Assembly (NCBI GenBank): GCA_022605425.2
Contig: JAKIMF020000013.1
Coordinates: forward strand, 620,001-684,000
DNA: 64,000 nt
Source of the DNA: Hamiltosporidium tvaerminnensis FI-OER-3-3
Lineage: Eukaryota > Fungi > Microsporidia
Direction: 5' to 3'
Position 1 is the first letter of the stretch, and each line of letters opens with the position of its first letter. This document shows, piece by piece, positions 13,901-23,853 of the stretch. Both the position numbers and the translations under genes were made by a program. The notes beneath the pieces were generated by a model. The model searched no databases. It saw nothing but the letters and a program-made list of their open reading frames with translations, and had not been told where the DNA came from.

Positions 13901-16140
13901 AAAAATTGTTTCCGTATTTATTATTTCGATGAAACAAAAATTTTTTCTCTTGGATAGAATATAATAGACATTAACTAACCTATTCTTAAATTGTTTATAA
14001 TTATTATTATTCAAACCGAAACAAGAAATTTAGTTTTATAATAATATACTTACAATCTCTGTAGGTTTTTTTTAATAGGGTTCTGCACATCATAGTCATT
14101 TAATTGTAAGCTTCAATGGAAGTTAAATAGAAAACCAATATAAATTACCAAAAACAAAATTTTACGAATCATTTTATAATTAAATATTGCAGTTTTCTAT
14201 ATAATAAACGATTCCATTATAATTTCCAAAATCTATGATTCAAATACTTCAGCTAATGGTAAATTTAAGAAAAGAAACATTCATTTTATAGTTAAAGACG
14301 TTAATTTCAAATAAATTTCACTCAAAATAATTTATATAATTCTGGTTTGTATATATTTACGGTTTATTTAGCTTGTACTTAATATTACCTATGCATGCTG
14401 ATTTTTATTTTTTTTAGAATTTGCAATTAAACTAACTTTATTCAAGTTTTAGTATAAATATCAAATAAAAATTAAAGATATAGATTAAAAATTGTGTGTA
14501 TTATTTTTTTCGTGCAGAATTTTTCCGAATTAACATTAATAAAGCCATCAAGGTTAAAAAAAGAGGAAGGTTGGATATGGTTTAACAACTATTTTGATTA
14601 GAAAACCTTCTTTGTTTTGAAACATTCACAAAACGACTTAAATCCCATTGTAGTGGAATATGAGATTAGGATTTACTCAATAAGTTGTTAGCTGTTGTAA
14701 AACGATTTAAACAATTGCTGTTCATATACCGTGACGCGATTTAATAAATATATATGTTGTAAAGTCTTTTTTATTTCGTTTATATTTATGAATTTTTTCG
14801 TTAATTAACTAAAACAATATTTTTCGATTAATTTATCGTCATATTGCTATATGATGATTATTTTAAAACCAATTTTAATATCTCTTAATGTTATTTAATC
14901 ATTTTAGCATTAATTACCATAACATTCATATAAATATAATGATTTTTAAGAGTTTTAAATGATATAATAAACATTATAACATATATTATTCTAAAATTAA
15001 TTTAAAACCTATTTTATTATAGAAAAATATGCATTCCTTGTGATAAATCATGTTGACTGTTTGCTATATTCTTCTAAAAATAATCAAATATGCTTTTTTC
15101 TATTGTCAAAAGGGTATTACCATATAATTATTGTATATCTTCAGAATTTTTAATATTGTACTAACTTAAAATTCATATTTAAATTTAATTTTTTTAATAA
15201 AAATAGAAGTCATGAACCATTATAACTTAAATTTCAATCATTAGAAGTTTATCATTTCGCTTATTATACTATTTTATATTTTTATTATTTTTGTTCAATT
15301 TATTGAATTAATCTTATATTTCTAGTATATATTTCTTTTTAATGTAATTTGGTAACTCTGTAGTACCAAAAAACTATTATTTTTTATACTACAAAAATTT
15401 CACTTAATTCATTCTTTTATTTTAATATATTTATTTGGTTGACCGAGAAAATTATATTTGTTATTCTAAATTTTCTTAATACTAGATCCGTTAAGTTATA
15501 ACTTGAAAATCCAATTTTGCAATGGTTAACAAAAAATTATTTTAATCATTACCAAACAGAAATTTATGCTTGATACTGATTTATGATCCAAAAATTTAAA
15601 TTTTAGAATTTTATAAATAAGCTTTGTCTATCTATTTTAAACATTTGAATCATTAAATCTACCATTATTTTTTTGAGTAAATTATTATTGGCAAATATGC
15701 CTCTATATTTTGCTGTTTCATTTCTATGTAATTAGATTCATAATTCAAAACTTAGCAAATATATTATTATAACGCTATATAAAAATTTCAATTTTTATTT
15801 AATGTTCAATAAATAAAGCCACTAGTATATTGTTTTATTCATCTCATAAAGTTTTTTTTTTAAAAATTATTTATATATCCTTTAAAGTATTTTTGCGCAA
15901 GATCTATCATTTTATGAACAAAGAGACGCTAGTTAAGAAATTTTTTCTATAATGTATACATAAATTATTTTTTAAAGCAATGTATGTCCATATATTTATT
16001 ATTTTTTTTATTTATATATTATCTAAGATTGACAAATATATTCATTTTTTTTGAATTTATGATTCAAATGATTAAAACTTTAAGATCTTTGGTCATTTTT
16101 ATATTCTAAACATGAATACATTAATTCTATGATTGTATAT

Positions 16141-16842
16141 TAAAATAAAATAAAATAAAATTCGGCTTTATTGATAAAAAGTTTTCAGCACTACTCGTTG
16201 TATTGTTTTTAAAGGGAAACTAAGCTATTCATTTCCATACCATGCACCACACTCAAAAACAAAAATCCAATAAAACCGACCCGACTGTGTACAGCCACCA
16301 TATCCACATTTGGACTTCGGTTCTAGAAGGTCACATAAAAATCCCTAAAATCCCACACTTACACATTAACGTCCGGCACGTCAAGTCTTCAACATATCAT
16401 TTCTGATTTGTTAAGTCTTTAACTGTGCCGGACAAATTTGCTGCAGCCCAGCAGCTTGCCACTCCCCTTCCAAAAGCACTTTTTATACCTTTCTTTTCCT
16501 TAGTATAAGAAGATTTCAAACACAATTTGATTCCTAATGGAATCTTCGATCCAATCACATTCAGGTAGACTCATCTTGATGTTAAAGTAAGGGTTTTAGC
16601 ATCGACAAGTGCCTAGGTAAACCGAGAATCTCGTTGCGTCACAGTCGAATTTACCTCTTTGTATCGCCCCAGAAGAAATATGCTCACCGATTGAGCAACT
16701 TGCTGTTCCCGTTGGAACGGCGCTTAACGCCACGTAAACCCATAGTACATTCCGTCGTAACATAAAACGTAAAGGGGTTTTGCTTGATCACTCTTAGCAT
16801 TACCCAACGAGAACCACGTGGAGGTGGTGATCATCTCTCGTC
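16141..16842 (-). mobile_element. 702-bp non-coding ribozyme-headed SINE-like retro-insertion
   Basis: Perfect 15-bp direct repeat TCTATGATTGTATAT at 16126-16140 and 16843-16857. The 5' end (minus) is exactly G1 of the HDV-like ribozyme and the 3' end is a (TTTTA)4 tail. The body is GC-richer than the flanks, with several hairpins and no long ORF. Confidence 0.8.
16785..16842 (-). ncRNA. HDV-like self-cleaving ribozyme, copy 2
   Basis: GACGAGA GA UGAUCAC C ACC UCCACGU GGU UCUCGUU GG GUAAU GCUAA GA GUGAUCA. All HDV pairings (P1, P1.1, P2, P3) and the J4/2 cytosine (16797) are present. Identical to copy 1 at 56 of 58 positions. Confidence 0.85.
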
Positions 16843-17560
16843 TCTATGATTGTATATATTGCTATAAATTTACATTTTGATGTTATATATGGTATTTTAA
16901 CAGGTTTGGATATTTAAATATGTAGTCATCTATTAGGCCGTTATCTTTTTCATTCTTTCTAGCCTCTAGAAATTAATGGAAATATATATAATTCGTTAAA
17001 GTAAAAAATTATCGTTATTCGAACATTCCTTTAATTTATTTATGAAAAACAATTTGTGAATATTAAAAAGTTGGCGTTTCTTTAAAATAATATATACAGG
17101 TAAAGCAGAATATTACAATACAAGTCTTATATTTAAAAAATACTGAAAACTTTGAAGCATATGAAAAAAATAATAGATATGATACTAAATTTTTCTCAAT
17201 TAGAAATCTCGATGCTGTCTTTTAAAATAGTTTTTGCTTATATAAAGGAAGAAATGTATTTAAAAATCAAATTGGTAATGAGATATCCAAGCATAATATA
17301 GACTCTAGTCTTTAGAAAGTGATATTTTAAAACGTTTAGTATGTGCCTTCTTATAAGTGAGAGCTAGTGGAATTTATTAAATGCCGGATAAATGGATAAT
17401 GTTAAAAAAGCATTTGCGTTTTTTTGCTTAGATCCTTTTTGTAAGGTGCTAAAATGTTTCTTTCGTTGTATTTATCCAATTTGATTATTTTATTTAAAAT
17501 CATTTTTTTATTTACTTTTTTTTGAGTTTTATTCTTTTTAATTTTACATGCTTTTGTTGT

Positions 17561-17618
17561 TGATCACTCTTGGCGTTACCCAACGAGAACCACGTGGAGG
17601 TGGTGATCATCTCTCGTC
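17561..17618 (-). ncRNA. HDV-like self-cleaving ribozyme, copy 1, abutting the LSU rRNA 3' end
   Basis: P1 GACGAGA/UCUCGUU with a G1-U wobble. P2 UGAUCAC/GUGAUCA. P3 ACC/GGU. L3 UCCACGU. P1.1 CC/GG. Minimal P4 G-UAA-C. J4/2 GCCAA with the C75-equivalent at 17573. Confidence 0.85.
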
Positions 17619-17864
17619 ATGAGTGCTTGCTAGCCTCATCCACTCGCGATCTTGTGGATTACAGCTGCAGCACCCAAGCACGTCGTCTTCATGCTAGATA
17701 GTACAGTAGGGCCACGTTGAAGCTTAGAGGCCTTCAGCTCTTCCGTGCCAGGACGTTGCTTAGCCCGTACCTTACCAGATATAGGCACGACAAGAGGTCC
17801 TGCAGATTCGTTCCTTTCGTACTAGCATCTGCTCCCTTAGTACCGTAGCAGTAGTGTAAAACTA

Positions 17865-17902
<38 letters not shown>

Positions 17903-18006
17903 TGTTAGTGGGTGAACAATCCAACACTAGGTGCCTTCTGCTGCACCATGATAGGAAGAGCCGACATCGAAGAATCAAAAAGCAGCGTCGCTATGGTCGC
18001 TCGGCT

Positions 18007-18038
<32 letters not shown>

Positions 18039-18314
18039 ACGTCACCCATTGCTAGATGCTCTGTAAGCAATGGGATCGCTAGGCCTGGGTTTCCCCTCGT
18101 ATTACCGTGTAGTAATACGTCAGGGTGGCTTTTGCCCTTGGACTACACCCTCGGTTTCTCTCCGAAGTTAGCCACCCTTAGGCCATCTGCGTTGTAGTCT
18201 AGCAGATGTACCGCCCCAGTCAAACTCCCCATCTGACAAATACGGGTCGCTTGCACAGCTAGTGGTCTTTCAGTTGCCCCACCTTGCTACAGCTGCACAA
18301 GACCCCGGCGTCAC

Positions 18315-18351
<37 letters not shown>

Positions 18352-18448
18352 GCATAGCCAAGACCGTTCCCTTGGCTCGTGGGTTCGCAGGTTGTTAGTC
18401 GGGACAGTGGGAATCTCGTTGCTCCTTTCGTGCGCGTCACTAATTAGG

Positions 18449-18502
<54 letters not shown>

Positions 18503-20178
18503 CTGCGTATACAGCCCGACCTGTCTTAACAGCTGGGCACTGGGCAGAATTCACTTTGTGTCCACGTACTACACCACCACAAAGCTATGTTTTTATTAAA
18601 CAGTCGGATTCCCCGTAACTAAAAGTTCTAATTCCTTAGAGCTAATCCTTTTCCCGAGGTTACGGATCTAATTTGCCGAATTCCCTAACTAACGTTTGTC
18701 CTATCGCTTCCGGTATACACCGTACGGAGCCCTGCTGCGGTCGGTACGGTCATCAAGGTCATAAAGGTATTTTTTCACGGATCCCAGCTAAGACAATTGC
18801 ATATGCCTGTATTGCTCTGTACAACACGCTACATACAGTACTGCTACAAGGAATGGGTACCTCCTTGTTGTCGTGCCTAAGACGTAAACACCATATTTAC
18901 TGTTGCCAAATACCTAGATGGCTCGGGAATATCAACCCGATTCCCTGTCGAGATCTCAGGACCGGCTAACCTTCTCCTTATGAAGTCTTAGAAGAACCCT
19001 TCTCCTGAAGCCTTCGCGATTCACACACGAATTGTAACTACTACCACCAAGATCAGCACTAGTGTATGCTCCACTTTACCTCACGGTAAACCTTCTGCAC
19101 ATACACCACGCCCATCTACCTATAAGTACTGCATCGGGTCTGGCCTTGTACCGTCCATTTTCGGCGCACATGAATTCGGTAGGTACGTTGCAACACGTTT
19201 CTTACCGGATGCCAACCTCCATGGCCACCGCCCTACTGTCACAATTCATCTACGGCCTTAAGAAAAACCAGATTAGGCCCCTTATCAGTACGTCAGGTTG
19301 ATCCCTCTTCGCACGTCCTGCTTACCAGAACGCGCCCACTAGACACATATATAATCGCTATTCTTTAGTACAAGAATAACACGTACACGTTCGCAGTTCG
19401 TCGGTATGTGGAGATTGCTCCCCTTTCATCCCGCCGTTCCTCTACCGCATAATACTAAATAACTTGTGTCTGCTGTCCTAAGAGACATTTCGATGGGAAC
19501 CAGCTACCCGGCTGTTCGATTGGTCTTTCGCCCCTACACCCAGCTCAAACCATCGATTTGCGCGTCAGAACAAGTTTAGGTCCTCCACCATCCTTTCGAA
19601 TGGCTTCAACCTGGCCAGGTGTAGTTCACAGCCCTTCGGGTCGCATCCGAACAGCTATATCTGCTTTCGCTACGCTTAAAGGAAACCCCCCTTTAACTTG
19701 CTATGCAGATGCACTCCTTGGTCCGTGTTTCAAGACGGGTCCTGTTATCAGGATACTCAATACAATTTCACGTCTTTGCACTTTTTAGCTTTTCACCTTT
19801 CCATCGCTGTACTATTACGCTATCGGTCTCCGCTCATATTTAGCCTTAGATGGAACCCACCACCTCTTCAGGCTGCATTACCAAGCAACCCTACTCTGCC
19901 CATTACTCGTCACTACGGGGCTATCACCCTCTATGGCTTACCTGTCCCGGTAATTCGTTACGACGATCTTAACAATGCCCGGAGGCTTACATTCGGGGCT
20001 ATTTCTTGTTCGCTCGCCGCTACTACAGAAATCCTAGTTAGTTTTTGTTCCTCCCCTTAATAATATGCTTAAGTCCAGGGGGTAGTCAGGCATTTACAAA
20101 TGCCGTTCGGCCTTAGTTCTCGGAAACTATTCCGGCCTTCCTCGGATACGGAGCCAAGTGATCCCTTGTATGAGTTTA
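17619..20178 (-). rRNA. Large subunit rRNA with fused, shortened 5.8S-like 5' segment
   Basis: Universal LSU motifs on the minus strand: GACTTAAGCATAT, CCCGTCTTGAAACACGGACC, TTAAGGTAGCCAAATGCC, GGGATAACTGGCTTGTGGCAGCC, GAGCTGGGTTTAGACCGTCG and the sarcin-ricin loop AGTACGAAAGGAAC. 5.8S-like start AACTCATACAAGGGATCACTTGG. Ends approximate. Confidence 0.97.
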
Positions 20179-20210
20179 AAATGAAAAAACTACACAATAA
20201 AAGTACTATC
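20179..20210 (-). other. Very short internal transcribed spacer
   Basis: About 30 nt of AT-rich sequence between the SSU terminal GGATCA and the 5.8S-like start. Confidence 0.8.
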
Positions 20211-21512
20211 ACTGATCCTGCTGCAGGTTCTCCTACAGCAACCTTGTTACGACTTGTATCCAATCTAATCCTACGTCCTCAGAAGGAAAACCCTCTTCGA
20301 ACATAGCACCATCTTAGATAACGACGGGCGGTGTGTACAAAGAACAGGGACGCAGTCGTCGCCCGTTAGTGACACGCGACTACTAGGAATTCCTGGTTCA
20401 TGCGTCCATTACAGAACGCAATCCCAACCGAGTTATCCTTTATCTTTACAATATACCTAGAAATAACATTGTAGTGCGCGTGCAGCCCAGAACATCTAAG
20501 GGCATCACAGACCTGTTATAGCCCCCTCCTTCCTGAAACTTATAGTCCCCAGTCGCCGTAGCTGAGGGTCTCACACATTACAGCAATAAACCTAAAAGTC
20601 ACCTCACATGTTGTGAACGGCCATGCACCACTTAGTCGTACTCATCAAAGATTCGTCATACAACTGGCCCTGGTAAGTTGTCCCGCGTTGAGTCAAATTA
20701 AGCCGCACACTCCACTCCTGGTGGTGTCCTTCCGTCAATTTCTTCAAGTTTCAATCTTGCGATCGTACTATCCCCATAGCCCATATACTTGATTTCTCGT
20801 GGGTACCACTACGTAACACCCAGTTGGCATAGTTTACGGCCGGAACTACAGGGGTCTCTAATCACCTTTGCTCCTCCGGCTTACGTCCTTGATCACCGGA
20901 AACGTACTGGACGACAGCTTTCGCTTCGGTTTGTCCTACGTAGGTCGTCAACTTTCACCTCTCGCTACGCAATACAGTCGCCCTCTTCCGCTCCTACATG
21001 CTAACCTAGAATGCCAATACACTCCATGAAGAAAGTGTCTTCTAGCATCCCTGTCAACACTGACTACGGACCTTTTAAATGCAGCAATGCACTATGACAC
21101 TCCTGGAGCTGGAATTACCGCGGCTGCTGGCACCAGACTTGCCCTCCAGTCAATCACCGGTATTCTACCCCGGTTACAAAATATACGTCTCATAACTGCC
21201 TCTCTCCAATTGGGCAAGTTTCGCGCCTGCTGCTGTCCTTAGACCTGGTAGCCGTTTCTCAGGCTCCCTCTCCGGAATCAAACCCTGATCCCCCGTACCC
21301 GTTAAAGCCATCGTACGCCCTTACCGTACGATAAAACTGATGGGTCGGCGTCTTACTCGTGTTATTAGCCACAGTTTCCCGCGGTTATCCTTCCTACACG
21401 ATTAAATAATCACCGTTCTACTGAGCCGTTCGCAGTTCCACTTTCGCTTCACCAGACTTGCATGGCTTAATCCCAGAGACAAGCATCCTCGTCAGGCAGA
21501 ATCAACCTGTTG
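20211..21512 (-). rRNA. Small subunit rRNA (~1.3 kb, microsporidian reduced type)
   Basis: Starts CAGGTTGATTCTGCCTGAC. Contains GTGCCAGCAGCCGCGGTAAT, AAACTTGAAGAAATTGACGG and TTGTACACACCGCCCGTC. Ends GTAACAAGGTTGCTGTAGGAGAACCTGCAGCAGGATCA. Confidence 0.98.
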
Positions 21513-21850
21513 CACAAATATACCATTACACGTCACATCCAAATCACACACAATTGACTCGTTGAGTCCATAACTTAATCCCGATGAATAAAGCAGCACA
21601 AGAAACCAAAGTAACAACGGAAAACCTCCAAAATCTGCATCAGAGCAGTAACATATGTAACACCAATTTGTTACTTGAACATGTCAAAGTAACTAGAACA
21701 CCATATCGATTTGATCATTGATCTAAATCACGTGAATTAACAACTAAGTTAATGATTCGAAAGTACGTTTGTAGATCAATTTGATTAGATCAACTTGATT
21801 TCTACGGTTACATGCAATTGTAATTTCTGGGTGATTTGTCTCATTCTTAG
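21513..21850 (-). promoter_or_regulatory. Putative 5' ETS / rDNA promoter region
   Basis: Immediately upstream of the SSU and less AT-rich than the flank. Contains short inverted and direct repeats (gatttgatc..gatctaaatc; tagatcaa(t/c)ttgatt twice). Assignment is by position only. Confidence 0.35.
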
Positions 21851-23121
21851 TGTTTTCTATTGACATTTTAATTCTCATATGATTTGGGGTAAACAGTTCT
21901 ATAAATAACATCCTTTATATACGAAAAAAATAATTTTCACAGTAATTTTAACACCAAATCAATTTTTTTAAAAATATTTAGAGAATATAACACCAATAAA
22001 AAATAAAATCAATCAATCAACTTATTTCTAATATAAAGAATTCTAAATATGTTAAATTATTTCAAATTTCTATTCTTACCCATTCTCTACAAAAAAATCA
22101 TATATCTAAAAAAGAAAAAATACTAATATCAAATTTTTTCTTAACTCTATATAAATATAACATTTGTTAATATTTTAATCCAAGAAGCTTTTCAATCAAA
22201 TTAATTCGTTTTCTATTTCCAGGCCTTTCCTTCGAACATACAGCGGATAACAATTTTTTTATAAATCAAATAAGTATTTTATCATTTCAAATATATCAAA
22301 AGATCTTTTTTTAATCAAATTTATTTAGAATGATATTGATCTATCATAAAATTTTGAGGAATAAATTTATTTTTATGTAGTTATAATATATATATTAATC
22401 AAAAAATTACAATCCGGTTTTCATTAATGATTTGAAGCTTCTTAAGATTTTCGATTATCTCAAACACACTATTTAATTTCGATTTAAAAACATACTAAAT
22501 TAATGTAATTTACCAAGACCTTAAAATCCACTTAAATAATTACTCAGCCACATATAAGATTAAATAATGATTTGCCTTAGGGTAAATCTAATTTGGGTTC
22601 AAACATTTTTCGGAAACTTCGATGTAATTTTTTTACCAAGCTTTTTATAGGTTATATGAAGGAAAAGAGTTAGATTCAATAGAATATTATTTTTTGAAAG
22701 ATATAAAATTTTCTGTATTTTACAGTTACTCAACTATAGCGGTATAACTTAATTACGAAGAAACTAAATTTATAAAAAGATAACTTTTTCTAAAGATTCT
22801 AAAATTATTTCTGTCACTTTATTAAATCAGATTTATATCTTTAATTAAAACATTAATGTAAAAACACGTTAGAAATTCTTTATTTTTTCGCTAACGTAAT
22901 TATTTGTGATTTTCGCATATTTATCAATGTGATTACCTATTTATTGCGAATACATCAACATTTTTTATTTAAATGTGTAATTTATAGTCAGAAAAAAATA
23001 AATATTTTAACATCATTTTTCATTATTTTTGTAGTCTATTCATATAGTTTTAAATTTGATAAATTTTTACGGCTTTTATAAAAAAAAGTTTTCGTTCGAA
23101 ATATAATTTCTTTACTTTTAA

Positions 23122-23853
23122 TTACTTTATTTAAAAGTATCACATCTTTTTTAAAACAGTGGCAAGTGTTATATTTGTTTTCATGACATTAACGCAGTTC
23201 TAGGTTTAACATAAATAACTGCTACCCCAACACTCCATCGGTAACCCCTGCGATACCTACGTCCCAAAGCCTTTCATCTACCAGGTGTGTAGAACCTAAT
23301 TACTAGGCGAGGCAGTTGCCCGGAGTTCGTTAATGTCCGTTGCATGGAGTGTGATCGAAGGCCGAAGCCCCCCCTGGGCTCCCCCAAGACTATGCAGCAT
23401 TCCCACTTACTCTACACTTTCTGAACCCAATAAACTTCTAGCTAAGATATATTTCAGAGATTTACATGGGGTCCACCTAGACAGTGCAATGTCATACCAA
23501 CAGGTATAACCTGCTACTTAGCTTTCCTGGCTTTATATGGTTTTTATTTTTATATCTCCCAGGCGCTAAGTCTTCTAACCCGAGTGAGCAAGGCTAGGTT
23601 TCCATGCTTTTACATGGCAATTACCTAAATTTTAAGCTGCGGTCTGCAATCTGGTTACATAAAAAACTACAAATAAATTTGTAGAAAAAGTTTCTCCATC
23701 TCTTAGACCTCCCCTCCTCATAACAACTCCCAAGGAACAACCAAAGATGTAGTGTGGTTTTATTCCCACCAAAAATCCAAACAATGATCTCACACCAGTT
23801 TCACACACTCATTGCCAAGCAGAAAGTTTTTTATGTGGTTATCCTCCCTCCAC
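23122..23853 (-). mobile_element. ~730-bp SINE-like non-autonomous element, full copy
   Basis: Near-identical to the 36046 and 63443 copies. 14-bp TSD TTCTTTACTTTTAA at 23108-23121 and 23854-23867. Starts GTGGAGGGAGG and ends AATAAA/A-rich on the minus strand. No conserved ORF and no terminal inverted repeats. Confidence 0.85.

Noticed and set aside
16150-16172. RNase P CR-V-like AAAATTCGGCTTTA
   Set aside because: No CR-I partner upstream on that strand. It is better explained as the element's 3' tail junction.
18450-18480. Possible R2 insertion explaining the ribozyme
   Set aside because: The R2 target TTAAGGTAGCCAAATGCC is intact and the ribozyme lies ~850 nt downstream of it, with no RT ORF behind it.
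18673-21004. Several ORFs of 64-120 aa in the ORF track
   Set aside because: They lie within the rRNA genes, mostly antisense, and are by-products of higher GC content.
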